DNA of 63,119 nt, counting the filler, from Octopus bimaculoides (lineage: Eukaryota): NCBI RefSeq assembly GCF_001194135.2. It is 6 parts of 6 records of this genome, joined end to end, with 100 filler letters (N's around TTAATTAATTAA, not from the genome) between each part and the next. Parts side by side here need not be neighbours in the genome. Positions count along the whole stretch, not along the records: positions 19,001 to 41,013 come from NC_068981.1; 5 more parts are not named here. One strand, written 5' to 3'. A program made the position numbers and the translations under genes. The notes below the pieces were generated by a model. That model was given only the letters and a program-made list of their open reading frames with translations, ran no database searches and was not told where the DNA came from. This document shows, one piece after another, positions 26,490 through 37,433 of the stretch. Numbering within the stretch: the first letter of the stretch is position 1; every line of letters begins with the position of its first letter.

Positions 26490-27420
26490 TGATGATGATG
26501 ATGATTTTGTCGGTCACTAAAGCCCAAGACATCGAGGACAATATCAAAGGGCGAAATATAACGCACAGAAACGTGTGAGGTTTACATCGATCAAAAGGAG
26601 ACACTACAATATTAAATGATATAACAAAGAATATATAGAAATTAGAGAAATAAATAATTAATTAATAGAATCCTCAGGAACGGGGTAGTCCACTTCGGGT
26701 AATTCGGGTAAAATCCCACGCAAGCATCCAGGATTACACTGCCATCCCCAAAGCATAGTGAATGCCTTCTTCCAGTTTTTTCTTTCCTACTTAGAAAAGC
26801 ATACTTAGAGTAGATCCATTCAGTCTCATCAGCCTTGCAACTCACGTCCACCTTTTGATAAGCACACTAGAAGGCAGCACCTCCCTCTCTACCCTCACCT
26901 TCCTCTTCAAAGAATACTTGAAGAAATCGATGAGAGTTTGACCAGATAGGAAAGTGCCTGTCTTCAAATCTTTCAAACGGGTTCACTACACAACCTCTTT
27001 TGCCACTATCACTGAACAGAGAAAGATCTGCCTTCCATCTCTGCCAAAGGAAGATGGTGCATCGATCCATCCTCACGATATGCTCGGTGGACAGCTGGAT
27101 TAATCTTCCACGAGACAGCAACTGCTCAACACAAGCCCACAAGTCTCTGATGCACGAACGGCTTCGTCCCCCTTGCATGCATCTCGGGCAGGTTCGACTG
27201 CTGGCAATTCCATGCCTGTAGAGCTTTCTCGAACAGGCAATGCCCCCTTCCCATCCCTGTAGCATTGCTATGCCAAAGACTTTTGGAAATTGTCCATGGT
27301 CTCCGTACCAGAAAGTCCTCCGGAAGAGACCACTCGCAAAGTTCTCATCGAAGCGCTGAGTCAATCCTAGGCCATCATCGACAATACCCTCAACAAGCCC
27401 CCTATAGAAATCTTGGGTTG
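26490..27420 (-). mobile_element. Tx1/L1-type LINE 3' part (C-terminal zinc-binding region and 3' UTR) with (ATC)n tail
   Basis: RKLYRHGIASSRTCPRC..LWACVEQLLS..IQLSTEHI translation; (gat)n at 26490-26505. Confidence 0.8.
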
Positions 27421-28244
27421 TTTATCCTGCTGATGGTTTTTTTCAGCTCATACAGTGCAGTGAGCAACTGGCAACATTATAGAAGTCAAATACCCAATCT
27501 TCGTCTACGTTGTATGTATGTATATATGTATGTATGTATGTATGTTATTATTCAGTTTATTTCAAGATTTCTTGCTAATACAGAAAGAACTGGTTTCTAA
27601 CCTAGATCTAAGGTCCATTCATTGGAATTTTCAACATCAACAACAGGGTGTTTTTGTTTGTATGTATGTCTTTATTCAGTTTATTTCAAGAATGCTTGCC
27701 AATAGAGTTTCTAAGCTAGATCCAAGCTTCCTTCATTGGAATTTCAACATCACAACAGGATATGTATGAATGTATGTATGTATGTATGTATGTATGTATG
27801 TATGTATGTATGTATGTATGTATGTATGTGCAGATTTGTATGTTTTATGTATGTATTCTCGTGCATATAGTTGCATATCTAGACATGCTCATATATATTT
27901 AAATGATAAACTTCAGGAAAGTTTTACAGATTTTTACAGTTCCAGTGATGGATTGGATATGTAGTCTTCGGATTAGCTTTCTCCTTTCTGGTTTTGAGAA
28001 GCCTAATTTCTCAAGATTGGTATTTAGGCAGTGTGTTACATACCCCAGGACCCCAATAATCACAGGTATAAACCTGAACTTGTAATCTGGATAGAATAAC
28101 TGCAGATTTCTCGATAGTTCAGCATAGGTGTTCTCTTTTTCACTGATCTTCAGCCTTATGTTAACATCCGCTGGGCAGCTAATTTCCCAGCTCTGCACAG
28201 TTTCTCTTCTTCCCTATCCGAAATCATTATATCAGGTCTGTTGT

Positions 28245-28429
28245 GGCGTTCTGTATTTGAGAGATGAGGAATTATGTACATTATTAACATTATTTACATT
28301 TGACTGATATTTGTCCTCATCTTGTTTGTTGTTAACAAAACGTTTCGGCTGATGTTCTCTCCAGCCTTCATCAGGTGGCCTGGGGGAATTTCGAACCTAG
28401 GTTCTCATTCCTAAGGTATTTTTCCGATC

Positions 28430-28494
<65 letters not shown>

Positions 28495-28541
28495 ATTATT
28501 ATTATCCAGGTCACTGCCTGGAATCGAACTCGGAATCTTCT
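28245..28541 (-). mobile_element. B-box/(AAT)n/hammerhead element, copy 2, nested in the RLE domain
   Basis: Removing 28245-28541 restores aaa tgt aag cac aac aga cct gat (KCKHNRPD) on the minus strand. No TSD is evident. Confidence 0.9.
28334..28380 (-). ncRNA. Minimal type I hammerhead ribozyme motif; stem I disrupted in this copy
   Basis: ccacCUGAUGAaggcuggagagaacaucagccGAAACGUUuug: core and stem II are intact, stem III is the palindrome ACGU, and the predicted site is GUU. Confidence 0.65.
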
Positions 28542-29759
28542 GCTTACATTTTATTGAGGCTTTCACTAGTACATTCCACAAGTATTCATTTTTATTATGA
28601 GTGGCTATGGCTTCTACCATATTGTGGGTTTTTATTTCTTTTCCTTGAGATTAATTATAAATCCGACGGATTTCATTATAGAGTATCCTAGCTACAACAT
28701 CATGTGTCATCGGTAGATAATACCGTGATGACATTTTCGGACGACTGCTTATGATGTGGATATCTTCGGCGTTAACTCTACAAACTCTGCATCGGTTGTC
28801 ACATTTTACGGCTTTTGATGCATCTCTATCCCTTTTGTGCATCAGGTACTTGGTTGATATTTCTTGTTCCTGGATTGCAAACGCATACCCTTCAAAGTGG
28901 GAGGTAGCAATCCGGCTCTTGGTCCATGCTAAACTGCTTTGGTGATCGTTGTTCCTATCATCACGGTGCTTTCTAGTAACATATCCACGCATAGTCTTCT
29001 GCTCATATAGGCTCATTCTTTCATCTGATGACACGTTGCGGTGGAGTCGTGCGACTTCTTTGGGCATGCATTCTAGGTTATCAGACGAAGAGTGTTGCTC
29101 AAAGAACTGCCTTCCAAGTCTTATGATGTTATCGGCTTCATGTATGAAAACTTGGTCAAGGGATGCACTTCGACACTTGGTGGTTAAAAGATGTTGCCGA
29201 AGGGATATGATGCGATATTCAAAGGCATTTTGGATTGCTGTTAAGCCTCTGTCGCCTTGTTTTATTTTTAGGTAGGGGACCTCTACGTCACTGTTTATGT
29301 GGAAAATTATGCGTGCTTGTTAGTATTTTTGGGGTTTTCACATCAATGGCTGGGATCTCATCAAACGTCCAATCAAGCAGCCCAAATGTTGGTATGAGAA
29401 CTGGCACTGTATATACAACGTGGGCTGCTGTTTTATTGAATACAGAGAGTTCTGAGGTCCAAATTTTCTTTATTCGGCTGTGACATTATTTAGTGACGTG
29501 TTTGTTACAGGTGCCATTGTAAGATATGCTTTTATCCACCCCTAGATACCTGTAATATTCCTCATCAGACACAGGAGAAACTGACAAATCATTGATGGAG
29601 ATGTTACTAGTCTGGTTTATAGTTTTCCCCCTTTTCACAGCCATATAACAATAGTATGTACGTATGTATGTATGTATGTATGTATGTATGTATGTATGTA
29701 TGTATGTATGTACGTATGTATGTATGTATGTATGTATGTATGTATGTATGTATGTATAA

Positions 29760-29995
29760 AGTTGTATGTGTATCTTTGTGTCTCTGTTTGTACTAACCCA
29801 CCACCGCTTGAGAACCGGTGTTGGTGTGTTGACGTCCCCGTAAGTTACCTGGTTCGGCAAAAGATACCGACAGGATAATTGCCAGCCCTTAAAAGAAAGT
29901 GCTGGTGGTCGATTCATTCCACTAAAAATTCTTCAAGGTGGTGCCCCAGCATGACTGAGGGCTAATGAATAAAACATGTAAAAGATAAAAGATAA
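29760..29995 (+). mobile_element. SINE family A, 3' half; further fragments at ~33670-33830 and 41145-41360
   Basis: gtgtctctgtttgtac...gacgtccccgtaagttacctggttcggcaaaag. Confidence 0.75.
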
Positions 29996-30007
29996 CANNN
30001 NNNNNNN

Positions 30008-30039
<32 letters not shown>

Positions 30040-30042
<3 letters not shown>

Positions 30043-30543
30043 ATTGTCCTTATTCTTAATGCAAGTTTTGAAGAGTGTAGTTTGGTTTTAACTGTTATTT
30101 TTCAAACGTATAATGGAAGTGACATAGTTCGGCATATTTTCCTTTATGAGTTCAATAAAGGCAAGAACGCAACGGAAAGTGCGAGGAATATTAATGCAAT
30201 ATATGGGAATCGGACAGTAAGCGTAATCCAGTTTCAACGATGGTTCCAGATACTCTGAGACGGAAACTACAGCCTAGAGGACGAGCCTCGTCCTGGAAGA
30301 TCTGTAGAGCTCGACGAGGACGTCTTGCAAACCCTAGTTGAACAAAATCTCATCGTAACAGTTGAAGAACTAACAGAGAAGCTTGGATTTGGAAGAGGTG
30401 CCTTGCAAGTTTACCAGACAGATGGAAGAGCATTGTAGAAAAAAAAGGAGAGTATATTTTAGATTTAAAAAAAACTTTGTTTATCTTAATTTTGAAAAAT
30501 AAAAGAAGTATAAAAAACCGCAGTATTTATGGGATGACCCAAA
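30040..30543 (+). mobile_element. Internally deleted mariner
   Basis: RHIFLYEFNKGKNATESARNINAIYG...WFQ..LEDEPRPGRS; right ITR aaaaaaccgcagtatttatgggatgacccaa. Confidence 0.85.
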
Positions 30544-30884
30544 ATGTACATAAATATATACTTTCTTCAGCGTTACTGTTTCCCATTACTGAAGCAAGTA
30601 TTACATAAAAGATATGTACATACTTTCTTAAGCGTTACAGTACTTCAATTTATTCATGCATTTCTGTAGGCCTACCTGCTGTACCGGTACCACTTGTTTA
30701 ATAAAAGAAATATTGGGCTATGCATTTGTGAGGTATTGAGTACTTTCTTGAATTATTGAGTACTCGACCTATACTCAACGTATGTAATGAGTAAGCATGT
30801 ATATGTATGCATGTATGCGTGCATACACATACATACATACATACATACATACATGTGTGTGTGTGTGTGTGTGTATGTGTGTGT

Positions 30885-31210
30885 GTGAAGGTGCATGGCT
30901 CAGTAGTTAGAGCATCAGGCTCACAATCATGAGGTAGTGAGTTCGATTCCCGGACCGAGCTGTGTATCATGTTCTTGAGCAAGACACTTTATTTCGCTCA
31001 GCTGTAAAAATAAGTTGCGACGTCACTGGTGCCAATCTGTATCGACCTTTGCCTTTCCCTTGGATAACATCGGTGACGTGGAGCGGGGAGACTAGTACGC
31101 ATGGGTGACTGCTCAACTACCATAAACAGCCTTGCCCGGACTTGTGCCTCGGAGGGTAACTTTCTAGGTGCAACCCCATGGTCATTCATGACCGAAGGGG
31201 GTCTTTACTC
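30885..31210 (+). mobile_element. tRNA-derived SINE (head type C with its own tail)
   Basis: ggtgcatggctcagtagttagagc...gagttcgattccc (A/B boxes), then ttcttgagcaagacact. Confidence 0.85.
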
Positions 31211-31360
31211 TTTACTCTATGTATGTATTTTATATAGGTGTGTGTGTATGTGTGTCTGTCCGTGTGCACCCACCCGCACGCACGCACACGTGCACACACA
31301 TGCACACATATACACACACACATATACGTACATACATATCTGTAGTTTGATTTACTCTCT

Positions 31361-31752
31361 TTACTCTTTTACCTCTTTCAGTCATTTGACTGCGGCCATG
31401 CTGGTGCACCGCCTTTGGTCGAGCAAATCGACCCCAGGATTTATTCTTTGGAAACCTAGTACTTATTCTATCGGTCTCTTTTGGGAACCACTAAGTTACG
31501 GGGACGTAAACACACCAGCATCGGTTGTCAAGCGATGTTGGGTGGACAAACACGGACACAAACATATACACACACATACATATATATATATACGACGGGC
31601 TTCTTTCAGTTTCCGTCTAGCAAATCCACTCACAAGGCTTTGGTCGGCCCGAGGCTATAGTAGAAGACACTTGCCCAAGGTGGCACGCAGTTGGAATGAA
31701 CACGGAACTATGTGGTTGGTAAGCAAGCTACTTACCACACAGCCACTCCTGC
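31361..31752 (-). mobile_element. Near full-length SINE family A (reference copy)
   Basis: Minus-strand head gcaggagtggctgtgtggtaagtagcttgcttaccaaccacatagttccgtgttcattcc, internal (TA/TG)n, and a conserved 3' half. Confidence 0.9.
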
Positions 31753-32156
31753 GATTTGTTAAAGTTTATTTTTATTTTTGTCTAGTCCCTACCCAATCAA
31801 GTTAATCGACGTCATCGAGTAAACTCATGATTAAAGACATTCCAGATATGACGACAACTACCAATTTCCATTGGTTATTTAGACACCTTTATCATCATGA
31901 CGGTTTAGTGTAACTTGAAGCAGATTTGGCTGCTACTTGTAGCAAATCAAATCAAATGCAGAGAGATTTCATTGTAAGAATGTACAAGAATGTTGTATAG
32001 CTTAATTGCGAGTTAATAATTTAATTAAAACATTAATCAGCTTCATGTTAAACGACAAAGTTGAGTGAAATATATATGTCTGTGTGTGTGGGCGTGTGTT
32101 TCTACGCATATCTATATGCATATATTTATACACACACATACACACAAACATACACG

Positions 32157-32203
<47 letters not shown>

Positions 32204-32974
32204 CTATCTATATGTGTATAAGTATGTATTTATGTATGAGTATGCGTGTATAATTCTTGATAAATTAAGCAGAATCAGTATAGTTTTAGTAAAGATACAT
32301 ATACACACACACACATACACACACACACATACACACACACACATACGTATATATGTGTGTGCGCGTACGCCTATGTGTATGAGTGTGGTTTTGTACATGC
32401 TCATACATGTATGCATATTAACACGCGCTCATACGGGCACACACAAATATACACATACAAATATACACACACACGCACGCACACACACACATATACGTTA
32501 TGCAGATTAGTTAGTAGTCCATTATTTATATTTTCAAAAGGAATGGAAACAAAATTTAATGAGTATACATTAAAAATTCAGTGTATATCCCACCGTTTCA
32601 TATCCATTATTCACCTCCTCTTGTATCTTGGGCGTTTTCAGCATAAATTAATGGAACTATATGCTGTCACGCAATTAATCATTGATATTAAGCAACGATT
32701 TAGGTCCCTGTTAGTGTATATGAGCGTTAATTACAATATTAGAGCATTTTAGCTCTTATTTCTAGCAATGTAGGAGTTTATTAACGCCCTGGTCACCTTC
32801 AATGACTTGCTGTTTATATTAATTTTATGTATACACATTAGCAAATCGCTAAATCATCCATTAATTTGGATAACGAAAACATAAATACTAATGGCAAAGA
32901 TAATCCGAAAAAGAGCTGAGATCGAGCGAGCTTAACTGATGAAGCATATAAATGCATATGTTCGTCGATTTTTG

Positions 32975-33330
32975 CGATGGCTGAATCCAGGGAACAGCGT
33001 GCTTCCGTAAAATTTTGTTTTCTGCTAGGGAAAACGGCGGTCGAAACAGTTGTCATGTTTCTAATAGCCTTTAATGATGCTGCCATGAACTAAACACAAG
33101 TTTACGAGTGGTTTTCTTCGCTTTATGAATAGTCACTTGTCGCTTGAAGAGCAGCCTTGTTCAGGGTGATCGTTGATCTCCCGAACGAACGAAAACAATT
33201 TAAAAAATCATGAGCTGATCTTGAAAGACCGTCACCGATCAATTGACGAACTTGTTGATATGACTGGTGTGTCCTGGAGCTCCTGCCAACTAATTTTGAG
33301 CAGGGAATTGCTAATGAAAAGAGTTGCATG
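32975..33330 (+). mobile_element. Mariner transposase N-terminal fragment
   Basis: MAESREQRASVKFCFLLGKTAVET...TQVYEWF...DRHRSIDELVDMTGVSWSSCQLILSRELLMKRVA. Confidence 0.85.
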
Positions 33331-33334
33331 TACA

Positions 33335-33545
33335 GCTGGTTTCCTTGTTTCCATGACGTACTCTTTCCACCCTGGACGGGACACTGGCCTGTCACGAGAT
33401 TATTCACTTTTGCCAGCTGAGTGGACTCAAGCAATGTGAAATGAAGTGCATGCTCATGAATAACACGCATCATCCGGTTCAAGGATCGAAATCACAATCT
33501 TACGGCCGTGAGTCCAACACATTTTACCAGTAAACCACGTGCCTC

Positions 33546-33548
<3 letters not shown>
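33335..33548 (-). mobile_element. SINE with C-type head and the shared cctggacggga tail
   Basis: Collinear with 56670-56877. Confidence 0.75.
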
Positions 33549-33578
<30 letters not shown>

Positions 33579-34875
33579 ACACACACTCACACACACACAC
33601 ACATGTTGAAATGCGCGTACACTTAGTATCTAATATTTTTCTTGAGGAGATAATTCCTCAGATTTGTTTATTCTTTCATTTGTTTTAGTCACTTGACTGC
33701 GGCCATGCTGGAGCACCGCCTTTAGTCGAACAAATCGACCCCAGGACTTATTCTTTTGTAAGCCTGATCCCTATTCTATCGTTCGTTTTTTGCCGAGCCG
33801 CTAAATTACGGGGACGTAAACACTCTATGAGAAAGCGGAAGAAAACTACTTTCAAAACTCACGGAGACTGTGAAGAACCCGACTGAATTTAAGGGTAGAC
33901 GAAATACCACTAAGCGTTTTGCCTGGTTTGTTAAGGATTCTGCCAGCTTGTTGCCTTAGAATAACAGAAATATTGGATTCACATTTCGGCACGAGGCCAG
34001 CAATTTAGGGGGAGGAGGTAAGTCGATTGCATGAACCCCAGTGTTTAATTGGTACAAACTGGTACCCTGAAACGATGGAAAGCGATGTCGACCTCGGTGG
34101 AATTTGAGTTCAAAATGTAAATACGAACGAAATGCCGCTAAGCATTTTGTCCGGTATGATAACGATTCTGCAGTTCACTGCCTCAGAATCACAGAAATAT
34201 TGAAAATACAACATTAAACTTATAATCACAAGCTACAGAACTATCCCTGCTCTGTCGTACACCTGCGAGAAACAGGAGTCAAATCTCCCTCAAATCCCAG
34301 CCTCCTGTCTTTTAAAATATCACTAAAATACAGTATTATCACAGCGGAAATGCCTTTAATCATTGACCTATTCCGTCAGAGCTAACTTAGCGCTAAATCC
34401 ATATATGCGATTAGCCAAGAGATCAAATATTACAGTTACCAACTATATAGGTGTACGTGTGTGCATGCGTGAGTGTATGCGCGCGCACACTCACACATAC
34501 ACATACACACACATACATATAGTTGTGTACGTGCATGTGTGTATAACTCACTGTCACACATAAATATATACTCAACTACATTTACATTGCCTTGGGAGAG
34601 TAATTATGCAAATAGTATAGCATGTTGGTATAATAACTCTCCAAGACACAAAAAATTTTAGAAATAATACATTTCTAAATCTCTCAGAGAGATTTATGCA
34701 GTAGTGATACGACGAAGTAATTGTATGCTGTCAACTTAATGTGACAGTCCCCTGAAGGGAATAATACTACTGTTGATTAGACCTAGGAAGCTGCACCGCT
34801 TCCTGTCAGCCTTGACACATTTCTTGTGCCCTTATGTTTACAAGGGGAAGACAAGCACCTCCACCCAGCTAAGCC

Positions 34876-34927
34876 TGCATCCAGAGACATGTTTCTGAGT
34901 CTTTGCTCGTCATCAGTCTGGAGTAGC
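34876..34927 (-). ncRNA. Minimal type I hammerhead ribozyme motif
   Basis: uccagaCUGAUGAcgagcaaagacucaGAAACAUGUC^ucugga: stem I uccaga/ucugga, palindromic stem III ACAUGU, GUC site at 34886/34885. Confidence 0.75.
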
Positions 34928-34934
34928 ATGAGAA

Positions 34935-34986
34935 GCTACTCCAGACTGATGACGAGCAAAGACTCAGAAACATGTCTTTGAGTAGC
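34935..34986 (+). ncRNA. Minimal type I hammerhead ribozyme motif (extra tandem unit)
   Basis: Core 34946-34952, GAAA 34967-34970, GUC ending at 34976. Stem I gcuacuc(c)aga pairs with uuugaguagc. Confidence 0.7.
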
Positions 34987-35036
34987 TGCTCCAGACTGAT
35001 GACGAGCAAAGACTCAGAAACATGTCTCTGGATGCA
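34985..35036 (+). ncRNA. Minimal type I hammerhead ribozyme motif
   Basis: Core 34996-35002, GAAA 35017-35020, GUC ending at 35026. Stem I cugcuccaga pairs with ucugga(u)gcag. Confidence 0.75.
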
Positions 35037-36144
35037 GGCTTAGCTGGGTGGAGGTGCTTGTCTCCCACTTGTAAACATAAGGACACAGGAAATGTGTCAA
35101 GGCCGATAGGAAGCGGTGCAGCTTCCTAGGTCTAACCAACAATAGTATTATTCCCTTCAGGGGACTGTCACATTAAGCTGACAGCATACAACTACAAAAA
35201 AATTTATTTCAACACACGAATTCACATCAAGAATCTTGCAAACTAAATACGAAAACAATATATTTATATTTGTAATGTAGAATTATGATTTGTGTAATTC
35301 GGGCGGTAGCAGATTCTTTACAGCGGCAGAGTAAATGCTTTGCAGTATTTGTTCCGGTTGTTTACTTTCTGGATAAAGAGAAATCTTCCTTTTAATTATA
35401 AAAATAGTTTCAAATTTTGGCACGCGGCCAGCAACTTCGGGGAGGGGTTAATTCGATAACATCGATCCCCGTGTTCAGCTGGTACTTATTTTATCGACCC
35501 CAAAAGGATGAAAGGTAAAGTCGACTTCGGCGAAATGTGAACTCAGAACTTAAAAATAGACTAAATGCCGCTAAGAATTTTGCCTGACGTGCTAACTATT
35601 CTGCCACCTCGCCGCCCTCCTTTTAATAATAATAATAATAATAATAATCAGAAAGAATTTTTGAGACAATCACATTTACAAGGAAAATGTAGATGGAAGA
35701 ATTTTTTAAAATCTAACATCCTTCCTTAGACCTTTTTGCAAACCAAGAGAGAACGAAGAGAAAAATTATGAACATCTGCTTACGAAAAGACAAAAGTGGG
35801 TTAAATTTCTCTTCACATCAAGTAGTACAAGCATTCCGGGACATATCGGGAGAAATTATCTCAATTGAAAAAGGCCAGAGTTATAGCACTATTTGCTGCA
35901 CCTTTAAAACTGGAGACGTAACCAAAACACAAGCTGAAACTGTCGGTATATTTCTGACTATACATTTATGTCTAAATGCATGGGTCAAAGAAACACAAGA
36001 GTCAGGATGAAAAAAAAGCATAAGATTTGGCGTAAACTCATAGCTATTGATGACTTCTGAATCAAAGCAGACAGAACGAGATGTGACCTGTGATCTGACA
36101 CAAGATCCACTTGTAAGACCTAATAATGATTCCTGAAGACAACA

Positions 36145-36390
36145 TGCCTGGCTCATAAGGGCCAGTGGTTTCCCTATTTCATTGGCGTATAGGTTTCCAC
36201 CTGGACAGGACGCCTGTCCGTTGCAGGTGAGCTGCTAGATACAGGAGGAAAGAGTGAAAGAAAGTTGCGGCGAAAGAATCAGCAGAAGTTCGTTATTACC
36301 TACTGCTGGAGCCGCGTGGAGCTTAGGTGTTTCGCTCATAAACACTCACATCGCCCAGTTTGAGATTCGGACCCACGATCCCTCGACTGC
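36145..36390 (-). mobile_element. SINE with D-type head and the shared cctggacggga tail
   Basis: 5' part matches 8720-8890 and 3' part matches 56670-56730. Confidence 0.75.
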
Positions 36391-37402
36391 AAAATTATCA
36401 TAGAACTGTTACTCAGAATTTCAAGTTCCCGTTCGTGATGAATACTGATTTTAATTTAGTATTCACCACATTTATATATAAATATATATACATTCTTATC
36501 TATATATCTTTGTGCATGCACGTGTATATATGTACTTGTGTAGAGACGAGTGCACGAACATAATTATGGCCAAATTGTTCAAAAATTCGCTTCTTAATCA
36601 CGATTTTTCGAGGTTCAGTCTCACTGCATGACATCATCGGCAAGTGTATTTTATCACAGCATCAAGAAGACTCAACCGTAATTATTAAAACCGCGAGTAT
36701 ATGGAAACTATGTAGAGCCCATCAGCTTGACAGTAGACAACTAAAAGAGGACAGTATTGCCACATATACCATCACATTAATTCGTCTTGAAAATGTGTTG
36801 AATACTCAGCAATACTCCTATAACAGGCAGTTCAGTTCAGTTCATAAATGGAATATCTATCAAACTAATTTTATGTGGTTAAGGTGTTGCACTCACGATC
36901 GTAGGTTCGATTCCGATCAGGATGCATGTGTATGTGTGTGCATATACATACATACATACATACATACATGGGCGCATAGTTGAGTTCGCTGTTTTACGCC
37001 AAAGAAAATTAGGTTTTGGGTGTTATAATCTACTGAAGTAAGCCTAAGACTTGTGATTGATATTGGATAAAGTGGAAATGTGTGGAAGGATATCGATAGA
37101 ACCTGCCCTCGAATCCAGATTCCAGCCTCGTCACAAAGTGTCACAGTGCCAAGCTTCTAGAGATTTTGCTGAGGCTATAAGTATAGTATATTGTATAGCT
37201 TTGTGTAGGTGTCAATACTTGGAACATAAGTATAGCATTGTGTAGATATCTATGCTATGAATATCTGGGGGCTATTAATAGAAACAAGTATGAGATACAT
37301 ACCTATGAGAGAAGACTATCTTAATGGTATTAATGCACACAAGCATACAAAGGTGCACATAGACATCAGCTCACGCAAGCCCAAAACTGCATGCATAAGC
37401 AG

Positions 37403-37433
<31 letters not shown>

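Larger units (their letters stand above)
27510..29757 (-). mobile_element. 5'-truncated R4/Dong-clade RLE non-LTR retrotransposon flanked by (CATA)n
   Basis: Collinear remnants: YRYLG (RT end), AVPVLIPTFGLLDWT, FEGYAFAIQEQEIST, CRVC..HIISS..HDVV knuckle, KCK/HNRPDIMISD and EISCPADVN...PVIIGVLG RLE domain, then an AATAAA 3' end. Confidence 0.85.
34717..35195. repeat. ~480-bp palindrome (211-bp arms) with three hammerhead cores at the apex
   Basis: Left arm 34717-34927 is the reverse complement of right arm 34985-35195 (11 differences by hand alignment). A 7-nt loop and an extra 50-bp unit lie between the arms. Confidence 0.97.

Noticed and set aside
34935-35030. CRISPR-like repeat-spacer pattern
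   Set aside because: Only two direct units with an ~11-nt spacer, eukaryotic context and no cas genes; better explained as tandem hammerheads.
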